Below, one piece after another: positions 19,107-27,184 of a stretch of DNA of 64,000 nt (within the stretch, counting starts at the first letter, position 1; each line of letters opens with the position of its first letter). Both the position numbers and the translations under genes were made by a program. Under the pieces are notes generated by a model, which saw only the letters and a list, made by a program, of their open reading frames with translations, did not search any database and had not been told where the DNA came from. The stretch covers positions 76,155-140,154 of the forward strand of contig DDWR01000020.1 in NCBI GenBank assembly GCA_002347655.1, given 5' to 3'. This stretch comes from Verrucomicrobia bacterium UBA2281 (lineage in GTDB: Bacteria; Verrucomicrobiota; Kiritimatiellia; CAIQIC01; Lenti-01).

Positions 19107-20297
19107 ATGAAAACCGAAAATCATCCTCCTGTTTTGCTGCTCGGCGCGGACGAAAACGAAAGCCTGCCGATCTTGGCGAATTTGCATCGGCATGGCGTGC
19201 CGATCGCGGCGGCCGCGCCCCGGCGGCTCAGCATGGGCCTCTTTTCGCGCTATCCGTCCCGCAAACTGATTTCGCCCGACCCCAACGCCGCGCCGGAGAA
19301 GTTCGTCGACTGGGTGGAGCAAACCGTGAAGGGCGGGGAATACCCCGTGACGATGGTGTGCGGCGAAACCGCGACTTGGCTGATGGCGCAGGCGCGCGAG
19401 CGGCTGGCGCCGCACACGCGGCTGCCGCTGGTGGACGTGTCCAAGTTCTATCTGTGCCGCGACAAGTCGAAGACGATGAAAGAGGCGGCGCGGCTGGGGA
19501 TTCCCACGCCGAAGACCTGGTATCCAGACGACGTGGGCATCGCGGCGGTGGCGGCGGAAATCCCGGCCTATCCCGTGGTGCTCAAGCCGTGCATCAGCAA
19601 CGGCGCGCGGGGCATCCGCTATCCGAAGGACGCGGAAGAGCTGAAAACCATGTATGCCGCGACGCGCGCGGAATACCAAGCGTGCATCGTGCAGGAATTC
19701 GTGCCGCATTCGGGCATGCAGTACAAAGCGGAGGTCATCCTCGACGCGTCCGGGAAGTCGGTCTGCGGCGGCGTCTACGACAAGCCGCGGTTCTATCCGC
19801 CCACCGGCGGCTCCAGCACGCTCAATTCGACGGTGGACCGGCCGGACATCCTCGACTATGCCACCCGGTTCCTGCAGGGCATCGGCTGGTACGGGATGGG
19901 GGATTGCGATTTCATCGAGGACCCGCGCGACAACGTGCCGAAGCTGATGGAAGTGAATCCGCGCTTCACGCGCAGCATCAAGATCCTGGTCGAGGCCGGA
20001 TTGGAATATCCGTATCTGCTCTATCGGCTGGCGCTGGGGTTGCCCATCGAGCCGCAGTTCGCCTACAAGAAGGGCCTGTACCTGCGCTATTTCCTGAGCG
20101 ATTGCGTGTGGTTCCTGCGTTCCAAGAACCGCTTCAAGGCCAAACCGAGCTTCTTCTGGTTCTTCGGGCGGAACCTGCGCGACGAGATTTTCTCGTGGGC
20201 GGATCCGCTGCCGACCGTCGCGTTCGTCGTCGTGTTCTTCTCGCGGTTGCTGAACGCGAAGTCCCGCCAGGCCATGCTGCGGACCAAGACCAAGTGA
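19107..20297 (+). CDS. ATP-grasp domain protein (second copy; carboxylate-amine ligase type)
   Basis: ..YPVVLKPCISNGARGIRY.., ..EVILDASGKSVCGGVYDKPRFYPPTGGSSTLNS.., ..LMEVNPRFTRSIKI.. (ATP-grasp signature regions). Confidence 0.65.
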   Translation: MKTENHPPVLLLGADENESLPILANLHRHGVPIAAAAPRRLSMGLFSRYPSRKLISPDPNAAPEKFVDWVEQTVKGGEYPVTMVCGETATWLMAQARERLAPHTRLPLVDVSKFYLCRDKSKTMKEAARLGIPTPKTWYPDDVGIAAVAAEIPAYPVVLKPCISNGARGIRYPKDAEELKTMYAATRAEYQACIVQEFVPHSGMQYKAEVILDASGKSVCGGVYDKPRFYPPTGGSSTLNSTVDRPDILDYATRFLQGIGWYGMGDCDFIEDPRDNVPKLMEVNPRFTRSIKILVEAGLEYPYLLYRLALGLPIEPQFAYKKGLYLRYFLSDCVWFLRSKNRFKAKPSFFWFFGRNLRDEIFSWADPLPTVAFVVVFFSRLLNAKSRQAMLRTKTK

Positions 20298-20301
20298 CGG
20301 A

Positions 20302-21552
20302 ATGCGCATCCTCTACGTCCATCAGTTTTTCGCGGGGCCCGATGCGCCGGGACCGGCCCAACCGCGGGCGCTGGTCCGGCGGCTGGCCGAGCGCGGCCAT
20401 GCGGTGGACGTGGTGGCGTGCGACCTCAACGCCTACAACGAGCAGGCCGAGCCCGCAGAGGCCTATGAAGTTCCCGGCGGTGGTTCGGTGCGCGTGCATC
20501 GCCTGCCGGTGCCGCGCGGCCTGCGCGCCAGCCTGGCAAACCGCCTGAAGACCTATGGGCGCTTCGCCTGGGCGGCCTATCGCTTCGGGAAACGCCTGCC
20601 GAAACCCGACGCCGTCATGGCCAGCATCCAGCCGCTGTTCGGCGGGTTCGCCGCCTATCGGCTCGCGCGGCGCTGGCAGCGGCCGTTCCTGTTGGAGATC
20701 CGCGACCTGTGGCCGGATGCGCTCGTGGTGAAGAAGGCCATCGCCCAGTGGCAGGCCGCGCCGCTGGAAGCGTTGGCCCGCGCGATGTATTTCGGCGCGG
20801 ACCGCGTGGTGTGCCTGACGCCCGGCCTCAAGCAGGAAATCCTGCGCAAAGGCGTGCCGGCCGTCCGCGTGGATCTGTTCCCGAACGGCTTCGAGGAATC
20901 GTTCTTCCGGCTGGAGCCCGGCACGCGCGAAAAGATGCGCGCGGAACTGGGGTGGGGCGCGGCCTTCGTGGCGGTCTACACGGGCACGCACACGGAAGTG
21001 ACCGCCGTCGAAACGATCGTGCGCGCGGCGGAAACGCTGAAGGCGCGGCGCGATATCCGCCTCGATCTGTTCGGCACGGGCCAGACCAAGCCCAAGGCGA
21101 TCGCGCTGGCCAGGGAACTCGGCCTGGACAACGTTCATTTCCACGATCCGGTACCGAAATCGAAAGTGCCCGCCATCCTGGCGGCGGCGGATGCCGGGCT
21201 GATGACGCTGTTCCGCAGCCCGCTGATCCACATCTATTTCGAAAACAAGTTCATCGACTACATGGGTTCGCGGCTGCCGATCCTGGCCGCGATGGAAGGC
21301 GTCCAGGCCGATTTGATCCGGCGTTGCGGCGCGGGCCAGGTCGTGCCCGCCTTCGACCACGAGGGCCTCGCGCGGGCGATCGCGGACGCGGCGGATCATC
21401 CCGAAAAACGCCGGGAGATGGGTGAAGCCGGCCAGCGGTTCGTCGCGGCCCAACTCGCGCAGCGCACGATCCTGGACCGCTATGCCGAGACGCTCGAAGC
21501 GCTGGCGCGCGGCGAAGTCGACGGTCTGCCGACGTGGAATCCATTCCTATGA
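20302..21552 (+). CDS. glycosyltransferase family 4
   Basis: MRILYVHQFFAGPDAPGP.. N-terminus, typical of GT4. C-terminal ..FENKFIDYMGSRLPILAAMEG.. region. Confidence 0.75.
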   Translation: MRILYVHQFFAGPDAPGPAQPRALVRRLAERGHAVDVVACDLNAYNEQAEPAEAYEVPGGGSVRVHRLPVPRGLRASLANRLKTYGRFAWAAYRFGKRLPKPDAVMASIQPLFGGFAAYRLARRWQRPFLLEIRDLWPDALVVKKAIAQWQAAPLEALARAMYFGADRVVCLTPGLKQEILRKGVPAVRVDLFPNGFEESFFRLEPGTREKMRAELGWGAAFVAVYTGTHTEVTAVETIVRAAETLKARRDIRLDLFGTGQTKPKAIALARELGLDNVHFHDPVPKSKVPAILAAADAGLMTLFRSPLIHIYFENKFIDYMGSRLPILAAMEGVQADLIRRCGAGQVVPAFDHEGLARAIADAADHPEKRREMGEAGQRFVAAQLAQRTILDRYAETLEALARGEVDGLPTWNPFL

Positions 21553-23330
21553 ATCAGGGACTGGTGGCGGTGGGCGGGACGTTGGCGGCGGCGGTGGCGG
21601 TGCCGCGTTTGCTGTTTCTGGCGCCGTTCCGCGTGGGCTGGGCGATGTATTTGGCCAACGTGGCGTGGGAATTGCTCCCTAAAAAACTGGGTGTGGGGCG
21701 TTTCCGGCTGGAAGCCGTCGCGGGGGCGGCGGGACTGGCCTTGCTGGCCATCGGCGGGGCGCCGTGGAGCGTCGTGGCGCTGGTCGGCGGACTGCTGCTC
21801 GCGCTGGAAATCGGCAATCACCGCTGGGAGAAAAGGCTGGTTGCCGGTCCGGTTCCCACCGGCGCGATCCTGGCGCTGGAAGCGCCGTTCGTGGCGCGCC
21901 GGCCTGAATATTCGCTGGGCGTGCGCTGGACGGGCGTGCCGTTCGACTTGGAGTTGGTCGCCGTCAATCCGGGGCCGGCAACCGCGACGTTGCGCGTGCG
22001 CCTGGACGCGCCGGCGGAATGGCTGGGCGGTTCCACTTCGGAGCAGACGCTCCGGATCGATCCGGCGGGAGGCGTGGCGCGCGCGACATGGACCTTGCGG
22101 CCGCAGTCGCGCCAAGGCGGCGGAGCGCTGGAAATCGTCGCGGAAGAAAACGGCCGGGCTCGGCGCATTCGCATCGAGCACGACGGGTGTGTGCCGGCGG
22201 CGGAAGCCCGGCCGGTGCGGGCCGAGATTTCGCGCTATCCGGGCGGCCGGCGCAGCGCGTTCGTCTGGCGCGGCGACATGGATCTCTACGATCGGCGCAC
22301 GTTCCAGTCGATCGCCGGGCTGGAAACGACGCTGGGCTTGTCGGCGCGGTATGCGTTTCCGCAGACGATGTGCCTGTCCACGCGGCTGTCGTTCGACGAG
22401 GCCGCGGCGCGCGAGTGGGCGGAGCACGTGGGAGCGGAACCCGGCGCGGCCGAAATTCCTCGGTTCATCCAATGGCTGCGCGAAAAGGTGGAGCTGCGCC
22501 ATGCCGCCGCCTTTCCGGCGAAGGGGACGGGCAAGCCGTTTCTGTTGGAACTGGGCAACCACGGCCATCTGCACTACGACACCGCCGCGGCGGCGGCGCC
22601 CGAGAACGGCTGGAAATCCCATGCCAAGATGGGGGCGGGGCGGTATCCGTGGATGGGCGCCGACGCCTCGTCGTTCGGCGAGCAGCGCGACAATATCCTG
22701 GAGGCGGCGCGGTGGTTCCTCAAACTGCTGGGATACGTTCCGCGGTCGTGGGCCAAACCGGGCCGTTGCAACGACGCGGACACGGCGCGCGCGGCGGCGG
22801 CGGCCGGGTGCGACGTGCTCAGCGGTTCCGACATCCGCGCGCGCGACAACGTCTTGTTCCAGCCGCCGCCGCACCATCCGGGCGGAACGGACGCGGTGGA
22901 ACTAACCTCGCGTTATCCGCCCGATCCCCAGCACGTGCACCATTTCGCGATGCTGCGGTTCTGGTTGCATCGCTCCTGTCGTTTGGGGCGGCCGATGGTC
23001 TTCATGTGCCATCAGCACATGCGCCAGTGGGAAGGGCCGGCCTGCGGGCGTTTTACGGAGCACCTGCTGCGGCGCGCACTGGCGGATTGCCACGGCGAAT
23101 TTGCCATCGACACGCTGTTCGGGGTCGGCAAGTATTGGCGCGAGGTGTTGAGCCCGCAAACGCGCCGCGTGGCGGTCGCGCTGGACGGCGCGCGCCTCCG
23201 GATCGAAAACCGCAGCGACGCGGATTTCGCGCAGGTGCCGGTGGATCTGGACCTGGCGGACGGCGGCCGGACCACGGTGCTGGTTTCGGTGGGCGCCGGG
23301 CGAACGGTCGAGTTGAAGTTGCAGGAGTAG
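21549..23330 (+). CDS. membrane-anchored deacetylase-like protein; paralogue B of 16797..18641
   Basis: ATG 21549 overlaps the upstream TGA (ATGA); the track ORF starts at 21534. Shared blocks with paralogue A (..RRSAFVWRGDMDLYD.., ..GNHGHLHYDT.., ..GWKSHAKMGAG.., ..PPHHPGG.., ..GKYWREVLSPQTRRV..). Confidence 0.5.
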   Translation: MNQGLVAVGGTLAAAVAVPRLLFLAPFRVGWAMYLANVAWELLPKKLGVGRFRLEAVAGAAGLALLAIGGAPWSVVALVGGLLLALEIGNHRWEKRLVAGPVPTGAILALEAPFVARRPEYSLGVRWTGVPFDLELVAVNPGPATATLRVRLDAPAEWLGGSTSEQTLRIDPAGGVARATWTLRPQSRQGGGALEIVAEENGRARRIRIEHDGCVPAAEARPVRAEISRYPGGRRSAFVWRGDMDLYDRRTFQSIAGLETTLGLSARYAFPQTMCLSTRLSFDEAAAREWAEHVGAEPGAAEIPRFIQWLREKVELRHAAAFPAKGTGKPFLLELGNHGHLHYDTAAAAAPENGWKSHAKMGAGRYPWMGADASSFGEQRDNILEAARWFLKLLGYVPRSWAKPGRCNDADTARAAAAAGCDVLSGSDIRARDNVLFQPPPHHPGGTDAVELTSRYPPDPQHVHHFAMLRFWLHRSCRLGRPMVFMCHQHMRQWEGPACGRFTEHLLRRALADCHGEFAIDTLFGVGKYWREVLSPQTRRVAVALDGARLRIENRSDADFAQVPVDLDLADGGRTTVLVSVGAGRTVELKLQE

Positions 23331-23334
23331 GCCG

Positions 23335-24180
23335 ATGCCGTTGGTTTGCACAGTGGACGTCGAGGACTGGGCGCAGTCCACCCTCGACACGGAAATGCCG
23401 ATTTCGGATCGCGCGGGCCCCAACATGGAACGCGTGCTCGACGTGCTGGCCGAGGAAAACGTCAAAGCCACCTGTTTCGTGCTGGGCAAGTTCGCGGAGA
23501 AATTCCCGGCTTGCGTGCGGCGGATCGCGGCGGAAGGCCACGAGGTGGCTTCGCACGGCTACGGGCACGTGGACGTGTTCCGACTGACGCCGACGCAGTT
23601 CCGGGAAGACCTGCGGCGCTCCAAACAGCAGCTGGAAAACCTGACGGGCGCGGCGGTGAAGGGTTATCGCGCGCCGGACTTTTCGATCGTGAAGGAATCG
23701 CTGTGGGCGTTCGACGTGCTGGCGGAGGAGGGGTTCGCCTACGACGCGAGCATCAATCCGGCGGTGCTGGCGCGGTTCGGCGTGTCTGATTTTCCTGCCC
23801 AGCCCGTGCGGTTGGCGCTGGCGGGCGGCCTGAGCCTGATGGAATTGCCGGTGGCGACGCTGCCGGTGCTGGGACGGAAATTCCCCGTGGCGGGCGGGGG
23901 CTACCATCGGTTGCTGCCGTTCCCGGCCATCCGCTGGGTGGTTGAGCGGGCGGTGCTGGCGGGCGAGGTCTTCATGGCCTACTGCCATCCGTACGAATTC
24001 GATCCGGACGAGTTCGCCCATCTGGGCTATCCGTTGCCGCTGAAAACCCGCTTGCACCAGGGATTGGGACGGCGCGGATTCGAAGGCAAGTTCCGGCGGA
24101 TGCTGCGGGAATTCGAAACCCAGATGGCAATCCAGATCGCGGAACGGCCGGATTGGCCGGCGCACGCGATGGGGGGCTGA
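23335..24180 (+). CDS. polysaccharide deacetylase (CE4), of the subfamily usually found in exosortase/PEP-CTERM-type EPS loci
   Basis: MPLVCTVDVEDWAQS.., ..TCFVLGKFAEKFP..IAAEGHEVASHGYGH.. (NodB motifs). Subfamily assignment is recollection-based inference. Confidence 0.7.
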   Translation: MPLVCTVDVEDWAQSTLDTEMPISDRAGPNMERVLDVLAEENVKATCFVLGKFAEKFPACVRRIAAEGHEVASHGYGHVDVFRLTPTQFREDLRRSKQQLENLTGAAVKGYRAPDFSIVKESLWAFDVLAEEGFAYDASINPAVLARFGVSDFPAQPVRLALAGGLSLMELPVATLPVLGRKFPVAGGGYHRLLPFPAIRWVVERAVLAGEVFMAYCHPYEFDPDEFAHLGYPLPLKTRLHQGLGRRGFEGKFRRMLREFETQMAIQIAERPDWPAHAMGG

Positions 24181-24187
24181 GCGGACC

Positions 24188-24874
24188 ATGCGGAGCAGCT
24201 GGGCCATCCCGAAACGACTGTTCGATTTTGCCGCCGCGCTGGCGGGATTGGTCGTGCTGTCGCCGCTCATGCTGGTCTTGGCGGTTCTGGTGCGGGCGAC
24301 GTCGCCCGGTCCGGCGCTGTTCATCCAGGAACGGGTGGGGCGGCATGGCCGGGGCTTCCGCTGCGCGAAATTCCGGACCATGGGCACGGGGGCGCAGGCG
24401 CAAGGCACCGTCACGACGGCGGCGGACGCGCGGGTGACGCCGCTGGGCCGCTGGCTGCGCCGGTGGAAGCTGGACGAGCTGCCGCAGCTCGGGAACGTGC
24501 TGGCCGGCCGGATGTCGTTCGTGGGGCCGCGGCCCGACGTGCCGGGCTACGCGGACCGGTTGCAGGGCGACGACCGCCGGATTCTCGAACTGCGTCCCGG
24601 CATCACGGGGCCGGCCACGCTGCTGTTCCGCGACGAAGAGCGCCTGCTGGCCTTGGCGAAAAATCCGCAGGCTTTCAACGACGCGGTGGTCTATCCCGAA
24701 AAGGTGCGCCTGAACCGCGAGTATCTGGAGACCGGCAGTTTCTGGCGCGACCTGGGCTACGTCTTCGCGACGGTCTGGCCCGGGCTGACGCGGCGGCTGG
24801 GTTGGGATTTGCGGCTGGGGCTGCGCTACGGCGAATTTTCCGCTCGCATGGAACGGGAAGCCGTGCGCTACTAG
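24188..24874 (+). CDS. undecaprenyl-phosphate sugar phosphotransferase (small monotopic PGT, PglC/WecP-like 'bacterial sugar transferase')
   Basis: 228 aa with a single N-terminal TM (..FAAALAGLVVLSPLMLVLAVLV..). ..RFRCAKFRTM.. and ..DELPQLGNVLAGRMSFVGPRP.. are hallmark PF02397 motifs. Confidence 0.75.
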   Translation: MRSSWAIPKRLFDFAAALAGLVVLSPLMLVLAVLVRATSPGPALFIQERVGRHGRGFRCAKFRTMGTGAQAQGTVTTAADARVTPLGRWLRRWKLDELPQLGNVLAGRMSFVGPRPDVPGYADRLQGDDRRILELRPGITGPATLLFRDEERLLALAKNPQAFNDAVVYPEKVRLNREYLETGSFWRDLGYVFATVWPGLTRRLGWDLRLGLRYGEFSARMEREAVRY

Positions 24875-24895
24875 AAGGCGTCAGAAGGATATTCC

Positions 24896-26038
24896 ATGAG
24901 TCCGAACCCGAGATTGTTCCTGTCGCCGCCGCACATGGGCGGGCGCGAGCCCGAATTCGTGCAACAAGCCTTCGCGTCGAACTACATCGCGCCGTTGGGG
25001 CCGATGGTGGACGCTTTCGAGCGGGAATTCGGGGCCTACGTCGGCCTTCCGCATTGCCTGGCGCTGGCCAGCGGCACGGCGGCGACGCATCTGGCGCTGC
25101 GGCATCTCGGCGTGAAGCCCGGCGACGTGATCTTGGCCTCGACCCTGACGTTCATCGGCAGCGTGACGCCCGCGACGTTCGAGCGCGCGAACTTGGCCTT
25201 CATCGACTGCGACGAAGCGAGCTGGAACATGGATCCGGCCTTGCTGGAGCAGGCACTGGAAGACGGCGCAAAGCGCGGCCAGTTGCCCAAGGCGGTGATT
25301 CCGACCGATTTGTACGGCCTGCCGTGCGATCTGCCCCGGATCAAGGCCATTTGCGATGGCCACGGCGTGCCGGTGATCTGCGATTCCGCGGAATCCGTCG
25401 GCGCGCGCTACGGCGACCGCCATGCCGGGGCCGATGCGTGGGCAGCGACCTATTCGTTCAACGGCAACAAGATCATCACGACGTCGGGCGGGGGCATGCT
25501 GGCTTCGCGCGACAAGGACTTGATCGACCACGCCCGCAAGCTGTCGCAACAGGCGCGCGAGGCGACGCCGTGGTACGAGCACGTGGAGATCGGGTTCAAC
25601 TACCGGATGAGCAACGTGCTGGCCGGCATCGGACGCGGCCAGCTCGAGGTGCTGGACGACCGCGTGCGCCGCCGCCGGGAGATTTTTGAGGGCTATCGGG
25701 CGCGGCTGGGCGATGTGCCGGGGATTTCCTTCATGCCCGAGCCGGCCGGCTGGCGGAGCAACCGCTGGTTGACGGTGATCCAGATCGATCCGGCGGCATT
25801 CGGGACCGATACCCGCGCGGTGCGGGAAGCGCTGGAAGCCGAAAACGTCGAAGCCCGCCCGGTCTGGAAGCCGATGCATCTGCAACCGGTGTTCCAAGGG
25901 GCCCAGTTGTGGAAAACGGGGCCCGCCGCGGTCAGCGAACGCCTGTTCGCGCGCGGACTCTGCCTGCCTTCGGGCACGGCCATGACGGAGGGCGATCTGG
26001 ACCGCGTTTGCGGGATCGTTCGGCGACTCCATGCCTGA
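24896..26038 (+). CDS. DegT/DnrJ/EryC1/StrS-family sugar aminotransferase (PglE-like, PLP-dependent)
   Basis: ..LSPPHMGGREPEFVQQAF.., ..LALASGTAATHLAL.., ..DSAESVGARY.., ..ATYSFNGNKIITTSGGGML.. (PLP-Lys region), 380 aa. Confidence 0.8.
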   Translation: MSPNPRLFLSPPHMGGREPEFVQQAFASNYIAPLGPMVDAFEREFGAYVGLPHCLALASGTAATHLALRHLGVKPGDVILASTLTFIGSVTPATFERANLAFIDCDEASWNMDPALLEQALEDGAKRGQLPKAVIPTDLYGLPCDLPRIKAICDGHGVPVICDSAESVGARYGDRHAGADAWAATYSFNGNKIITTSGGGMLASRDKDLIDHARKLSQQAREATPWYEHVEIGFNYRMSNVLAGIGRGQLEVLDDRVRRRREIFEGYRARLGDVPGISFMPEPAGWRSNRWLTVIQIDPAAFGTDTRAVREALEAENVEARPVWKPMHLQPVFQGAQLWKTGPAAVSERLFARGLCLPSGTAMTEGDLDRVCGIVRRLHA

Positions 26039-26100
26039 ATCGACAGCCGGATTGACGGCTGCCGGACAAGCGGGTAGCTTGTTGCCGGACAGATACGGAC

Positions 26101-26391
26101 ATGCAGACGCGCGAAAACATCTTGGCGGCATTGCGGGAGCTCAAACCCGCGCTGGCGATGCGCTACAAGCTGCGCTCCATGGCTTTGTTCGGCTCGTATG
26201 CCCGCGGCGACCAGACGCCGGACAGCGACGTGGACGTTCTGGTCGATTTTGATCCTGCCATCGGCCTCGATTTCGTCGATTTGGCGGAGGCCATCGAGCG
26301 TCGGCTGGGGGTCAAAACGGACGTGGTTCCGGCGGATGGAGTCAAACCGCGTTACCGAGCCGTCATCCAAAAAGATCTGGTACATGTCTGA
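26101..26391 (+). CDS. mntA: nucleotidyltransferase-fold antitoxin MntA (of the HepT/MntA pair)
   Basis: 96 aa with a GS-x9-DxD motif (..LFGSYARGDQTPDSDVDVLVDF..). It overlaps the downstream HepT-like gene by 8 nt. Confidence 0.7.
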   Translation: MQTRENILAALRELKPALAMRYKLRSMALFGSYARGDQTPDSDVDVLVDFDPAIGLDFVDLAEAIERRLGVKTDVVPADGVKPRYRAVIQKDLVHV

Positions 26392-26713
26392 GCGCTCGGC
26401 TGAAATTCTGTTGGACGATATCCGCGAGGCGCTCGCGAAAATCGCCACCTATGTGCAAGGTTTGGATGAGGCTGCCTTTGCTGGCAATGGCATGGTCGTG
26501 GATGCCGTCTTGCGCAACATCTCCGTGATTGGGGAGGCCGCATCCAAGTTGCCGGACGAATTCACTCGCGCCCATCCCGAGATCGAGTGGCGCAAGATCG
26601 TCGGAATGCGCAATCGCCTGATCCACGGCTATTTTGGCGTTAGCCTGCCGTTGGTTTGGCAAACCATCCACGGTCACTTGCCCGAATTTAGGGACAAGCT
26701 GGACAAGCTGTGA
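26384..26713 (+). CDS. hepT: HepT-like toxin (DUF86, RNase of a type II/VII toxin-antitoxin pair)
   Basis: R-x4-HxY motif (..GMRNRLIHGYFGV..), 109 aa, directly coupled to mntA. Confidence 0.75.
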   Translation: MSERSAEILLDDIREALAKIATYVQGLDEAAFAGNGMVVDAVLRNISVIGEAASKLPDEFTRAHPEIEWRKIVGMRNRLIHGYFGVSLPLVWQTIHGHLPEFRDKLDKL

Positions 26714-27108
26714 TCCGGTTGACTTCGGTTTCCCTTGTTGTTCGGCGCTGGATTTGCGCAATCCATCTGGCCCTGATCGCCGTTCTCTCGTTGGCGCCGG
26801 CGTGGTTGTTTCCACCGTCGCCGCCCGGGCTGCCGGGCATCGACAAGGCCGTGCACGTGGGGCTGTACGGGATTCTGGGCGCGTTGTTGCGATGGGCGGC
26901 CGGACCGTGGGCCGCGACGCGCGCGGCGCTGGCGTTGCCGGCAGCGGGGGCGTTGTATGGGCTTCTGTTGGAACTGCTGCAGCCTTGGCTCGGTGGAGCG
27001 GGGCGGGCATTCAGCTGGGCGGATGCGGCGGCAAATCTGGCCGGGATCGTCCTGTTCTGGGTGGTTGCCGGCCGATTTCTGGGGCGGGAAAATTCATCTT
27101 TTCGATGA
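26710..27108 (+). CDS. VanZ-family membrane protein
   Basis: GTG 26710 overlaps the hepT TGA. Four predicted TM segments (..WICAIHLALIAVLSLAP.., ..DKAVHVGLYGILGALL.., ..AGIVLFWVVAG..). Confidence 0.55.
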   Translation: MIRLTSVSLVVRRWICAIHLALIAVLSLAPAWLFPPSPPGLPGIDKAVHVGLYGILGALLRWAAGPWAATRAALALPAAGALYGLLLELLQPWLGGAGRAFSWADAAANLAGIVLFWVVAGRFLGRENSSFR

Positions 27109-27184
27109 TTTTCTGCGTTCCTTTCGGTCGCGTTGGCGATATACTCCATTGAAATGGCCTTTACAGCGTAAAGGGCCGGATGCC

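Noticed and set aside
26957-27184. In-frame N-terminal extension of the PglF-like ORF (the track starts at 26957)
   Set aside because: The extension overlaps the VanZ gene in another frame, and its translation is Gly/Arg/Cys-rich nonsense. The conserved membrane domain begins at Met 27185 (MIHQFKNRNFYVILAGDLLLF..).
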